From positions 349,086 to 386,347 of the forward strand of contig NMRA01000434.1 of the NCBI GenBank assembly GCA_002633005.1: a DNA stretch of 37,262 nt. The letters are read 5' to 3'. Positions 23,957 through 37,262 of this stretch are shown here, one piece after another (the first letter of the stretch is position 1; each line of letters opens with the position of its first letter). The notes below the pieces were generated by a model. It had not been told where the DNA came from, made no database searches, and was given only the letters and a program-made list of their open reading frames with translations. The position numbers were made by a program, and so were the translations under genes. The stretch comes from Phoronis australis. Its lineage: Eukaryota; Animalia; Phoronida.

Positions 23957-25283
23957 TATCTGTATTTAATCTAAACTGTGTTGCTGATTTTACTTTGAAC
24001 TGTAAAATGGTGAATGTCAGTTTTACTTATTTGCCATTTTAGCCATAAAGGAGCAGTGTAAACAATCAGTGTCGTCTTGGAAAAATATGCAAGACCCAAT
24101 TGCCACAGAGAGGCGCTACTGTGACAACCACTTGTGTAGTTTACAATGCAGGTGTTTGTTTTATCAAGTACGTTATATGCTAAGTCATAGCTAAGACCTT
24201 GATAGATTTGTAATTGCTCTGCAACTCCTCGTAGGTGATGTCATTAGGGACTGTAGACAAATTGACATTTTGTTGTTTGTAATGTTCTATTTCTTATAGG
24301 AAACAGGGTCATGTTTGCAGTCACATGCTTGCAACCTTGATTAAACTGGTCCTAGTTTTCTCAGTGACATGTCGAAGAAGGTTGTGCCAATGTTTCATGC
24401 TGATTTTAACCAGCTGACTTTGTCATCTTTAAAGTGGCAAAGACTCTTTGTATATGACTTTGGGTCCGACTGGCTGCGTGCGGGTCTCTGCTGATGAGCA
24501 GGCTGTTGTTTGATGTATAGCTCAGTTATTTTCCTATTGCTCAGTAGTTTGTACTGATGTAAAAATCTGTAGTGACCATTTTGTTATCGGTGCAGTAGTG
24601 CTGTAGTCTGTTTAGTGTTGTCTTTGCAGAGGACTGTAGGATACTAAGATGTAGCACTGGATGTATGTTTGAATGTATTGGGGGCATAGACAACAGTGCT
24701 GTGATCTGTCCTGCACTAAACATAGTGCTATGCGCTAAACTCTATTACCAAGAGTAAACAATTTACCACTTTGGCATAATTCATTTACCCATTTGCATTA
24801 TTTCCACATTTAGGTTGTTACTGTCTTTGAAAACCAAAATTGCAAGCCTTACCTTTTTTGCCATTTTGATGGTTTTGGGGAGTGTTGTGTTCTTCTAACC
24901 ATCCATATCTGTACAATCATTTTTCTGCAGTCTTGTTCACCTGTCTTTTCATATAAAGTGCCTTGTGTGTTTAGTGTTTAATCCTGTGTAACTGACTTAG
25001 TATTAGAGCAAAATTACTTTCATCAACTGTGTAGTCATCTTGTACATAACACAGGTAACTGTAAATATGTGTCTACATGCTTAGTTGTGCCCATCACATA
25101 GACTAAGGAGATGTGATTTCTCTTTTTAGGATTTCTGTTGGAGATTGAATTTAGTTTTATTTCTTTAGTAAATGGATAAGTTTACATATCAAGTCTTTCT
25201 TGCATATTGCCTGTATATATTGTGTATATTAAGATAGTAATTTTAATACTGCTGCTTGTGGTGTGATTATTATTTTGTTTTTA

Positions 25284-25289
25284 AATAAA
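25284..25289 (+). terminator. Candidate polyadenylation signal of the WBP1L-like gene (~2.5-kb 3' UTR)
   Basis: AATAAA closes a long T/TG-rich UTR-like tract, with T-rich sequence on both sides. Not verifiable without transcripts. Confidence 0.4.
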
Positions 25290-28200
25290 CTATATTTTAT
25301 GTGCTTCTGAAGTCTTATAAGCAGACTATATGTGACTTAGTGGGTCCAGTGGAATGTTGCACCTAAAATCGGCTACTGCTTTGAGTATTTCAATCTATGT
25401 ACTCCATGACTACTACTCAAAAAGTAAGTGTCCCTTCAGATTTTCTCATCATAATTTCAAAAAATGTGAAAAATGAACGCAGTTTGTGTGCAGGAGTTCA
25501 ATAGGAAATTAATGCAATTTGCTGTATTAAACCTGCCTTCATCTTCATAACAAAAATCGCCTTTTGGCTTATACTATTATGAAACGGATCTGAAATTGGT
25601 CCTTAGTCAAATTGGAGGTCATCTTGGTGCTTCAAAAGAACTGACAGTTCTTATTGCTCTAGAGGAGGCTAGTCTGCAAGTTGGCTTGTCATTGTGTACC
25701 ATATTAAATGTATCTTCAAGTAAACTGCTTCGTTTCAGGTGGTAAATTGAAAAAGGAAATGTTCCTTAAAAGGACTTATACTGGAGATTCATGGACATGG
25801 TTCTGAGCATTTCAAGTTCAGCTAATCTCTGTGCCAAATATGTGATATACTGAAAGCCATTTTTCCGAATATTTAACAAAATCGCTTCATTGGCAACTTA
25901 GCAGCATTCACCTCTTTCATTGAGAAGTCAGTTGATAAAGACCACACCCCACACCCGCAACCGCGTCACTGTACGAGGAACAGTCACCTCCCTTCCAGTC
26001 TTCCGGTGAAAAATTCCGAACCACTTCAGCTAATGTCGAGCTCTTTTTTGGAAAGTTATACAGCTGCACAAAAGACCGCGATCACCGCATCATTTTGCAT
26101 AGAGTGGAATCTAGAACCAATAGTGCTTTTTTGGCTGAAAGCCAGAACTGTCGGACCTTTTGTTGATGTCACTTCGATGAACTGAACCAGCTTAGAATTC
26201 ATCAAACAAAACTGTTCTAATGTGTACAGGCCCCCTGGAACTTCATGGAAACTAATTCCGCTTTATTTTCCTTAACAGCTCCCGTAACCGAACTGTAGTT
26301 TACTCGCTGGGTTCTTTTCTACGTGGCAAGATTTTCAAGACAGATTTTTAATTTTAGTTTAATTTTCGAAATTTCCTATGGGTCGACCAGAAAGTCGTTG
26401 AGTTGATCGAATGACGAGGAAGTACGTATGAACAAGTACAACGTACGAAAATATTGATGTTTGAATAGCTCAAATATATCTTCCAATGTTCCATTTTGTT
26501 GACTAACTCGTTTGTAACGAAACTTAAGTTGTCGTTTCAAGTTGGTAAAAAAATTCCATGTTTGGGAATTGTATGATATATATTTTGCCAAATGTTGACC
26601 TGCAGTATCATAATTATTACGAGAGTTATTCATAAATAATTTATGAATCGGAAAAATGACGCTTTTCACAGACCCATAAGCATGCAAATCAGACAGGAAC
26701 TCAATACGCAAAAAGTGGACCTCGCGCCTTTATAGTTCTCAGCCGATTGAGCTGCAAGATTTTCTTGAAGTGGGTATTTTTCCTTTAAAAAATTTACGGC
26801 AACGGTAATTCGAGAGGGAATGTGCATAAATGCCTAGCGGTGGGCATTCGGCAAAGTGCATGAGACGGAGTGTCAATTTAGCCGTGAATTGTGGTGCATT
26901 CCAGTGTTATAGCCAGTGACGATTTTAGCATTAAACTTGGCAGATTCTTCTACACGACTGTCAATATTTGAGGTCCTTAAAATCTGTAAAACGTAAAAAT
27001 AGTTCGTAAAATTGTTCACATTAGATACCTTGTTGAACTACACAGCAGTTGTTATAGCAACGACCTTAAGAGAAATATTATTCTTTGGATTCTTCCGGCG
27101 AAAATATCAATACATTTCGATATGATGACTGTCAAGAATTTTATCCATGTGTACTAAATCGCCGGGTCTTTGTTTCTGCCTAATGTTCATCCTTCAAATT
27201 TCCCTCAGTAAGCTATTGCATGTTTTTATATTCCAATTTCACCTCCGATGTTGTTCGGGTTACATGTTTTAGCGTGTTCACGTGAGTCCAAGTGCTTTCT
27301 TTGTTTAAATGTTAAAGCGTCTAAAACAAGACACCTTATAAGAAATTGGTCTCGAGTCGGACTTTAATCATACCGGAAATGACGTCAGAGGGATTCACAA
27401 GAGCTAAAAACTTCTAATTCTTCTAGATTAGGCTCTACAAGTTGAGTTGTCACGCCGCACACGGTCTCTAAGATCTGTAAATTCTTTGTAAACAATGGAA
27501 TCACTTCACATCTGAGCATGATCTGTAAAGGAACAAATCGAGACCAATTTTAAAGCGGCAAGTGGTCCACATTGCCTCTCATGGTCGGACAGCGCCTGCA
27601 GGCCACTTAAATAACTCAAGTCGCAGAACGCCAATTGTTTACAACTGCCAGGGCACTTTGAGAACATAGAAATCCGTAAAACTCTTTCTTAAAAATCACT
27701 GATGTCAGACAAGTTGATCTATACAGCCACTCGCACGGAAACTTCGTGTATCTTCAAAATATTCTCCGTAACTTCTTCAAACCAATTCTTCGACAGAAAG
27801 TGTCAATAATTTTTCCATTATTAAATTTTGTGGTATATGACGTCTAGGAAATTATTTGTGCTTCACAAACATTGGTCTTCAAGTTTATGTTGAGTACTGC
27901 GTTTTGGAACACGCCATTAGCAGAAAGCAACAGTTGACGTCGGAGTTAGCGCAGAGAACATTTGTAGATAATCTTATAAATTACTACAGTCGTGACCAAT
28001 TGTCAATATCGCAAGATATGACAGTTCTTACGCCTATGTCAAAGATAACTATTTGAGAAACTAAACTATTTGTGATCATCATGATACGTTTAGCGTTATG
28101 GAATGAAAATCGTAATTATCAAAATAGACCGTAAATTTTGTGCTTTTTTACACTGATATCTTTGAAGACCCACGTAGAGCTATCGGGAATTCAAAATAGC

Positions 28201-28830
28201 GAACTTTGAATAAATAAATCAAGCTAATGGTGTTGAATCTTGCCGCTGAATTCAGCCAGTGGTTTTATTAAGTGTAATTATTCACCACAACCCGTCGTAT
28301 TAAAAATGTATTAATAACAAAAGGCTCCATTCCCAAAACATCAGCCATGGGGTTTTTGACTTGTCTCGTTCCGTAAAGTGCCACTGGTAACTTTTGGTTG
28401 AACAGCGCTTTAAGACTTTTGAATATGATAATAACAATAAAATTGAAGCACCTTCAGTATTCCTGGCTCAACGCAGTTGGTGAAGCTGACTTCGAATCTT
28501 TTAATTGCACGAATAACTTGTAGCTGGCATGGCTTTTTCATAAAAACGACAATTTGAGCTCAATAAACTTTTAATCTAAGAGAGTGTATTCACTTTCAGA
28601 TATTAAAATTAAACCAAAATTACAGTAAGCAAAAGTATAACAACGAGTGTGGCACAGTGATTACTGCGCGGTGGAGTATTTAGTGTTTTCATTCACATTT
28701 AGCAGCCCAGCCGTATAGCACCATCTTTAAAAGACGTTGTTTTGCCTCATACTCCAGGATAGAACGATATTTTTTAACGCAGAAAAAAATGTTTCTGCTA
28801 CGGAAGGTTTCGTCACCCTTTGCTTCCCAT

Positions 28831-29151
28831 AAGCGGATTTAAGGCCACCTGCCCTTCCTTGGCTGCCGCAAAAAATAAAACAACAAGAGCGTGAGGAGAT
28901 GTCGAGTTCATAGTTAATCCCGGTAATCAACCTATGCGGCTGAGGAGTGGGGGGCTCAGACCCGATTACAAGTGTCCCATACAAACCGCCGGCGCAGTCA
29001 TTTTTTTTACTCCTCCGTTTGTTTTTAGATGTAGCCTACGCCCACATCCTCAGAAATTCGAGCCCCCATCTTTTAGGCTGGGTACGCGCATGCACTCGTG
29101 CTTCAAACGTACTTGCCCCCCCTTATGATATCCTATATAGATCCGCCACTG
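28831..29151. mobile_element. MITE with CAGTGGCGGATC-type end and probable 8-bp TSD (hAT-like)
   Basis: Right end tagatccgccactg; eroded left end aagcggattta. Flanks cttcccat (28823-28830) and cttccaat (29152-29159) match at 7 of 8 positions. Confidence 0.6.
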
Positions 29152-29970
29152 CTTCCAATTGATTTACATGACGACTGCCAGTGTGACTTAAGATGCCGGG
29201 CTCATTCGGTTAAATGAAAATGCAAGACTGGATGGTAATGTGTTTTCAGTAAACCCCAAAGCGCTTCGGTTAAGAATTCAACATGACAGAAAAGCACCGG
29301 TACATAAATTCATTGTGCAGTTAACTTCCTTGAATAAAGTGGTTTTTTAATGAATAATAGCCAGACTATTGAAATAGTTATAGAAGTCACGCTGGACTTT
29401 GTTTCCAAAGGGAGGACTAGAATAGGAAACTCAAAACCCGTGCAGGGGCTTTCGAATGCGCCTCAGTGATGTATCATGAATTGTACGCCACACACTGTGA
29501 AGCAAAGTGGACAATCTGCCCATCATGACCGTCAGGGACTCAGTAGTTTTCGTGAACACTCCTGGTTGTTTTGGCTACACCTGGTGTCACCATGCAGCCA
29601 CATGAGATTCAAATTTCATTAGTAACAAATTTTATCAAATATAAGGAAACGTTGTTTGGTAGCCTATCGGAAAAACCTAGAATACCAAATAACATCAAAC
29701 AGAAGTACAACACCACTGCAGTCACCTGTCGCTAATCTGCTAGGTTTTTACTTGCCACCGTCCATTAAACCTAGTTTAAAACTGGCTCTATGTATGTGTA
29801 GGAAAATTGACGTACAATCTGATATTTATTATTATCTATTTTAGAACAAACGATGTTTCTATTGATAACTTTCATTTTCGACTTGCAATATTAAAAATCC
29901 AACCCTTGGCTGAAGGGGCGTGTCATCTCAACAGAGCGCCATCTATATGTCAATAAATAAGGTCAACAAA

Positions 29971-30117
29971 ATGGCGAATCGCTTGAAAATAGAGACAGCT
30001 CTTACCATTTTACTTTTTGTTTACATCAGTTCCACGCCAATGATCTTTGCACAAAACATTCCGATTGTTGAAGGATTCAAACAAGAACAAGCAGAAGATA
30101 TGCGAATTGACGAAGAG
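29971..30117 (+). CDS. CNNM2: CNNM-family metal (Mg2+) transporter, exon 1 (signal peptide and start of ectodomain)
   Basis: aaaATGGCG start; MANRLKIETALTILLFVYISSTPMIFA-QNIPIVEGFKQEQAEDMRIDEE; phase-0 donor GAG|GTAATT. The spliced product IVEGFKQE...GVLRV...VKMRLFG parallels the CNNM ectodomain I.G.R.E...G.LRV....V.LR.YG. Confidence 0.82.
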
Positions 30118-33100
30118 GTAATTTTTATCAAATTTTGCACAAATTGACCAAATTGACCGACATCGATTTAACAATCGAATCGCCGGTCACCGTGTTAACA
30201 GTCGGTAGTAAGAGAACTGTGCCCTGGAACTTTAGCGTTCGTCCAAGAGTGCAACCGCCTCGGTAACTCTGCGGTCGATTGTATAGAAAGGATAGAGCCT
30301 TGGATCATATTAGACACGCAGTGTCTTGCCTGAAGTTCTTACTCCTTACTGTAAATCCGACAAGGAAATATTTTTGCAATTCTTTAATCTTGCAGTACAT
30401 CGACCCCTATGATGCCACTGGCACTGCTTCTGGGCACTGGATCCAGGCGATGGTCTCGCTGAACCGAGCTCCTTTTTGATTAAGAAAATACAATATGTCA
30501 AACTATATGGTTGGTAAACAGTTCCCTACGAATTATAGATTGGATATCAAAACACTGCCATAACTGCAATTATCTCCCTGTCATTTATTGTCATACTATG
30601 ACAATGTCATAGTATGCAAATTATAGGTCACCTGACCAAAAAAAGTTGTGACCTTGGTCATAAGAAAATATCTGGACAAGTTAAATGCGTTGGTAATAGG
30701 ATTGAATTTGATTTATTTGAATTTGATTTGTTTGCAACAATAACCAGTCATAGTGCATCAAAAAAGGAAAATGTTTTTTGACAGTTGTCCAACTCCAAAG
30801 TGGTTAAATTTTCACCCAAAAGATATTTGTCAGCTCCTGGAGGTAACTATGTTTGGCTAGTTACCCATAGGACCGATGGGTGATTATATCTATCTTCTAG
30901 AACATACCTTTAGTGTAGAACATAAGTAAAGAAGGAAATATTGTGTGTGCCAGCGCTACATAGAACTGCTGGAAGTCTTGTGCAGTTTGCAATCTCGTCA
31001 CCATGTGCAATGCATGTCGATCATTGTGATTGGTTGCTGCATGACCTTGGATCGAGGTCATATATTGTTTGACCCTGATCAAATATCAACCAGCAGGTTA
31101 TGACGTGCATCATATAGGCCTAAATGATATTTGCCCCTTCTAGTGGCAAAACTGAGCGTTGACGTCATTCTGATTGAACTCGGATATAGTTGACCTGTAG
31201 TCCCGTGAGCACTGGTTAAAATTGTACGATCGATGTTGGAATGACTTGTTTTACTTCTAAATATTGGTAAAGCGATGCAGGGTATGTGAAATAGTTATCA
31301 AATGAGTTTCATTTCACTTTCTGGTTTGCTTTTTGTTGGGTTGAATTTAACGAAATTTCAGATGAAGAATTGAGCTAAACAGTGCCGAAAAGCAGGAGAA
31401 ATGGCTCTTATTTTCAATAACACGACAAATTTTATATGCAAAATTGCAAGGTTCATTTTGCTTTTCTTTGCATTGGGTCAGGAAGAAGTCAAAGATTGTT
31501 GTGTTGTGAACAAACCAACATCGATATAGCTACTGATAATTTAATCATTTGACAGTGTCGGAGTAAAATTGTTTTGAAAATAACTCACTTGACTGCCACG
31601 TCTCTCAGTCTCAGTGTCAGTGTAAGCAAATGACCGTTTTGCACTGTAGCCATAGGGAACTTATCAAAATCCCATATTTGCTTGTCTACTTGTCATTTTC
31701 AAACTTCATTATTATCACTACATTTTTATAGATTGATGGACTCTGACGTTCCCACGGCATTACTGGCATTACAGATTGATACCTTTCACAATTTGTATGA
31801 AGTCTGCGAGCTATTACCGATAAACACGTATGCAGATTCTAGCATAGGCATCATACTGTACTCACGAACCAAATACCAAAAGTAAAACAACTTATCCGAG
31901 CAAATATGATGTGACTTATTGGTTTTCCAGCTCGATTGTTATGATGTCTTGAGACGCTTAAATTTTATAGCAGAATGACGTTTAACTCTATAGTGCCAGG
32001 TTGTGAACCTGACATCAGGCTTTTGGACTTGTAGTGCAATGGCGTTCGCAGTACTCCCTTCTTTACTTATGGTGTGCATTATAGGTATATTTATAAGATT
32101 GATGAGGACAACCAACCACGTGGTGGACCATCTAAGAAAGAAACTGTTGCAACTTATGTTTTTTTATAGTGTTTAGGTCGGGTACAAAAATAAAATGTTT
32201 AGCATCTCCACTTGCGTATGAACATTTCTGTTTACAAGCATCAGTAAAAAGCACTCAGAGGCTGAGCGGATGTATTCATCTGTCACACCAGATGGTGCTG
32301 CTATAGAGTGCGTGCCCTCCAAGTACATATGGGAACAGCTAGTCATATTGTCTGCACTGCAACGCCTCTCTGTTTGATAGACAAGCACCTTTGAAGAATA
32401 TGATACATAATTACTTCAAATGACCCATCACGAATGTGTTTGCTTGGAATGAAGCTTATGTCCAAGTGCATATGATATTAAGCCTATAACAGAATCTAGA
32501 CAGGGCAAAATACAGCTTTAAAAGTTCACAAAGTGTGTTTTATTACATCATAGAATCTTCTGAAAAAAGCCTTGTTATGATGTGCCCAGGGCGCTTATTT
32601 GATAAGCGTACATTCTTAAACCCTAAAGAATTGTCCCCGGAAACAATGGACACCAACAGCTTTACGAAAAATATTTCAGTCACAAATTTCCAAACAACCT
32701 TTTCTTTAACAGACGTTTCCCATTAAGGGGAATGTCCTGTGAATTTCCATTAGTTCATTGCAGCTTTAGTATAGATGTTGGTGTACGTATATTCTGTACC
32801 CCCAAAGGTATGCCAGGGTGCGTAAATTGTTTTTTTTTACTTTTATTATTTGACTTTTGATCCAAAAATACTATCTGCTACAATTTATATTCGTCCTTTG
32901 AATTCCAATTTTTTCCTCTCACTTAAATTACATTGTTACTGTTTTGAGCTCTGAGCCAACTTAAAACTAGATGGTGCTACAAAGCACAGACATGTCACTT
33001 TTGACTGGCGTGGCACGTCTTGGAGTTTAATCTAGACAGTTACTAAGGAGGTTTAAACACGAAGACGGTATCGTTTCATGTCGAAATGTGACAAATTGTC

Positions 33101-33726
33101 GTCATAAGTATTTCAGGTGAGATTGGACTCGGGACGCGCCATATGTGATGTGACTAAACTCCCACATGATGGCTAATTCTGTCTGTAGTTAAAATGATTG
33201 GGAATGACTCGTCATTGCTAGAAAATGCTATTATAGTATAGGGTTTGATTTCCATTATTTTGGTACGTGTACTTTGACAATGAACTAAACATGTGCCGGT
33301 ACTTTGCCTTCATTACAAGTCATTATATGTGTGATCGCTTTAGGCATGTACTACATGTGTGTGACCATGCATATAGCCCAGGGTCTAGTATCCAAACTCA
33401 AACATGAAAATTAGCTAACCATCGGAGAATTCGAGTACAAATTTGCAAGTTTATTCAAAGTATGCTATGCTGTTAAACTGGGTCAATTCATGAGTCGAGT
33501 TTTTAGTACGGTAACATCTCACTAAATTTGAACGAAAATATTGTTTTCTAAAATTGCCTTTGTCATTTTTCAAAGGCTTCTGACATTTTTTTCAGTGTCT
33601 ACACTTTTTGACATATTGTCTGATGGTAGCTGTGGTAGGGAACTTCAGCACAGAAAGCCATTAATTGGATGCCACATTTCTTGTGTGGAAAAGCAAATTA
33701 TTACTATGTCTTAAATTGGTGTAATT

Positions 33727-33848
33727 GTAACTTTACTGTATGGAGGCTAGACCCTGGGTCCAGGAGACTGCCTTTGCTAAAAATGGTAACTTTACTGTAT
33801 GGAGGCTAGACCCTGGGTCCAGGAGACTGCCTTTGCTAAAAATGGTAA
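33727..33848. repeat. Perfect 59-bp tandem duplication ending 20 nt before the CNNM exon 2 acceptor
   Basis: gtaactttactgtatggaggctagaccctgggtccaggagactgcctttgctaaaaatg x2 (33727-33785 and 33786-33844). Confidence 0.95.
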
Positions 33849-33868
33849 ATATCTATCTTGGTTAACAG

Positions 33869-35036
33869 GGTGTTCTGCGAGTTATGGTCGACGTAGATGT
33901 GAAAATGAGGCTGTTTGGCAAAAACCTCAATGGTGACACGCAGGTGGCCTTCACCAAGGATGAAGGGTCCAAAGGGAGCACATGCCCCTTCAAAGAGCAA
34001 TCGTTTCGTGCCGAGGAACAGAGTAACACATCGTCAGTGTTATTAACGTTTAAAGTTGCTCCACTAGATAGTGATCATAAGTATTACTTTGTGTGTGTAT
34101 ATAACAACGTCACATCCCAGTGGATACACCAGGGCACGGAACATTTCATGAGGGTTGCCATTGACAGCAAGCTTTTGCCACTGTGGCTACAGATTATATT
34201 CATTGTTCTGCTGTTAATGCTATCAGGAATATTTAGTGGCCTCAACCTTGGTTTAATGGCCCTTGATAAAACAGAATTGAAGGTGATTGAAAACTCTGGC
34301 TCACAGCACGAGAAGAAATGGGCCAAAGCCATCTCACCTGTACGGAAACGTGGAAACTTTCTTTTGTGTACTCTGTTGCTAGGCAACGTGCTGGTGAACA
34401 GTACATTAACTATATTGTTAGATGATTTGGCGGGTGGCATCGCAGCTGTCATTGGTTCCACAATGGGTATTGTGATATTTGGTGAGATAGTGCCTCAGGC
34501 GATTTGCTCTCGACATGGTCTCGCTGTTGGAGCACACACAATATGGCTGACTAAAATATTTATGGTCATCACATTTCCGCTGTCGTTCCCGATTAGTAAG
34601 ATACTTGACTTTATTCTGGGTGAAGAAATTGGGCAGGTGTACAACCGCGAGCGACTGCAGGAGCTGCTTAGGGTGACTGATGAGTATAATGACTTACGTA
34701 AAGATGAGTTGAATATAATCAGTGGTGCACTTCAGTTGACCAAGAAATGTGTTCAGGACATCATGACCCAGATCTCTGATGTCTACATGATTGACTTCAA
34801 GGCAGTGCTAGACTTCGAAACCATCAATGATATCACCAGGACGGGCTTCACCCGTGTACCCGTCTATGACGCCGATCGCTCTAACATCTTGGGCTTGTTG
34901 AATATTAAGGATCTAGCCCTGATTGACCCTGATGACCGGACACCGTTGAAGACTCTGTGTAAGTTCTACAATCACCCGGTCATCAAGGTGTTCAATGACA
35001 CCACTCTTGATGCCATGTTGGAGGAGTTCAAAAAAG
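33869..35036 (+). CDS. CNNM2: CNNM-family metal transporter, exon 2 (ectodomain, DUF21/CNNM TM domain, CBS pair)
   Basis: ttaacag| GVLRV...SGIFSGLNLGLMALD...GNFLLCTLLLGNVLVNS...FGEIVPQAICSRHGL...GFTRVPVY...LDAMLEEFKK G|GTAAGA. Unambiguous CNNM/uex motifs. Most likely a co-ortholog of CNNM1-4, so the symbol is nominal. Confidence 0.97.
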
Positions 35037-35602
35037 GTAAGAACTGATGTCGAATGTCACACCATGATCTTTAGCCTTAACGACATGTTATGCCTCCACA
35101 TCCTGGAGTACTGTGGCATAACTGTTTTTATATACTGGTTGGGGTAAAAGTTTTGTGTGCCAAACACAAAATTTGATTTTCATTTATTTTTCATGCAGTA
35201 AGTTACCTAGATACATCTTGTTGGTTTAAAAAAGCAAATTTATGTAACTATGTGACCTTTTTCTTCTTTGCGTTTATTTATCTGTTTTGGGTCAACATTT
35301 GCATTCACATGTGAATTTGTAATCTGATGACAGATTATATGCTAGATGACAATGTTAATAAGGGCATTATTGTAGCTTTAACATTTTTCAAACAAATTCA
35401 CAAAGCAGTCATGTGAAATTCTTAAATTATGGTAGATCACATGCAGTCACAATAGCACAAGTAGTGACTGAAAACAGGCCAACTATGAGTAATGCCATCA
35501 CAAGGAAGCCTTCAACAGGTAATCTGTAGGCTCGTTCTGTACTGATCATCACACCTGATCAGACATCCTATGAGTGTAATTTTTTCCAGAAATTCAATCA
35601 GT

Positions 35603-35990
<388 letters not shown>

Positions 35991-36528
35991 TGATGGTCAT
36001 TGTTACTAAAGGTCACTCGGCTCCTTTACCATACTGGTCCAGATTAACGTACAGGACGGTTAAATTGGGAACTCAAGAGATCGAGTGGGGGAGTTGACTG
36101 TTAAGATGCACACGAGCTTTTAAAGTAACCAATGCATCACAATAACATCCAAGAATTGAATAAAGCACAACAGGAGAGTTTGGGTATTTTTATCACATGA
36201 ACGAGGCAAGGTGATACTGAGTTTTGTACATTTTTGGAGCTAAAATTCGTGTGAGACGGGGACTTTCATGGAGGTCAAAATCATGTAAGTTGGGGGTGGG
36301 CAGTAAATGGATTTGGGCATTTAAAAGTGAAAATTTGGAAATTTTGCAAACGAACGTTAAGGTGAACTTAGGTGTTTGCCCAAATGAGTACAGATTTCCT
36401 GTTTAAGTGCAAAATTTGAGATTTCAAAGCACATTTTCTTTGGTATTCAAATATTGTTAGTCAAAGCTTTAGTTTTCCTGTAGTTTTGGCATGCTATCTG
36501 TGGCCACTTGCTGTTGTTTTCATGTGGC

Positions 36529-37262
36529 TTAAGGTAGGTGTATACACTGATCAAATCTCCAGGTTCCTAACTAAAATGAGTAAAAAGGGAGTTTTAACTA
36601 GTTAGACATGATTCTGAAAGTGACAAAAATCGAAAAATAAAGTTTTCTTTGTAGTTCGTTTTTTTAAAAAATCGTATTTTTTAATTTTCAAAAAATCCAA
36701 TTTTACCTCGAATTTTTTTTCAAAATGCACAGGGATCATCATCNTTGCCCCATTAAGTGCTTTCAGATTTCGTTAAAATAAGCGCCCAGCCCATGGACGT
36801 GTCCCTTACATAGATTTCTTGAATTCTGCTGTAACATTTTCAATTTATCAATAATATCCGACAGTCCTGAAAAAATCATATTGTGCGCCAAATTTCTAGA
36901 CCACAAGCCTCGCTGCTGTGTCGGTATTTCAAGTTAGCCGTGAATATACACTTCAAACTTCTGCAGTGCTTCAAAAAGAATTACCATATTCGCCATAATA
37001 ACAGCCCATGCCCCTATAAACGCCCCCCCCACGCGTTTTCAGACATTGCTGAAATAAGCGCCCAGTCCATGAACGCGTACATGCGAACAATGATGTACCT
37101 ACAGTCCTAAAACTCGGTTACAGTAACATCTTCAACTTATCAAAAAAAATTTTGCACGGGTCTTCTAGACCACCAGTGGCACTGCAACGTTTGTATTTAG
37201 CCGTGACTTTACACTTCAAAGTAACGCAGCGCTTCAAAAAGAACGCAACAGCGTTCTACGCT
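36529..37262. repeat. Repeat element with ~265-277-bp internal tandem units, possibly a TTAA-inserting (Kolobok-like) DNA element; truncated by the window end
   Basis: aaataagcgcccag at ~36776 and ~37052; ttctagaccac at ~36893 and ~37163; agccgtga...acacttcaaa...gcttcaaaaagaa at ~36936 and ~37199. A ttaa|ggtagg start at 36529 is only suggestive. Confidence 0.5.

Noticed and set aside
34084-34461. 125-aa minus-strand ORF
   Set aside because: Antisense shadow of the CNNM exon.
33884-35047. CNNM as an intronless 387-aa or bacterial CorB/CorC-like ORF
   Set aside because: It is bounded by canonical splice sites and continues in frame into exons at 29971 and 35842; the sequence is animal CNNM-type.

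Overview
AT-rich, intron-rich animal genomic DNA. It is probably from a marine invertebrate (inference from the repeat types and gene structure) and is not prokaryotic, so most ORF-track entries are spurious. Three spliced genes can be reconstructed by eye. (1) The first coding exon of a FAM184A/B-like gene on the minus strand (921-778), running off the left edge. (2) A complete 5-exon WBP1/WBP1L-family gene on the plus strand (5228-22732, 216 aa): signal peptide, Cys-rich ectodomain, TM helix and four PY motifs. (3) The first three coding exons of a CNNM-family Mg2+ transporter on the plus strand (29971-35985), continuing off the right edge. The rest is non-autonomous transposons (three DINE-1/Helentron-type elements with internal tandem arrays, an internally deleted Harbinger, several MITEs), minisatellites and possibly decayed coding remnants. 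I found no convincing wholly new multi-gene system. The best leads are an AG|GTAAGT dual-use/recursive splice site at WBP1L exon 4, a fully open second reading frame in the last exon that would give a PY-less isoform, and WBP1L-CNNM linkage that mirrors human 10q24.
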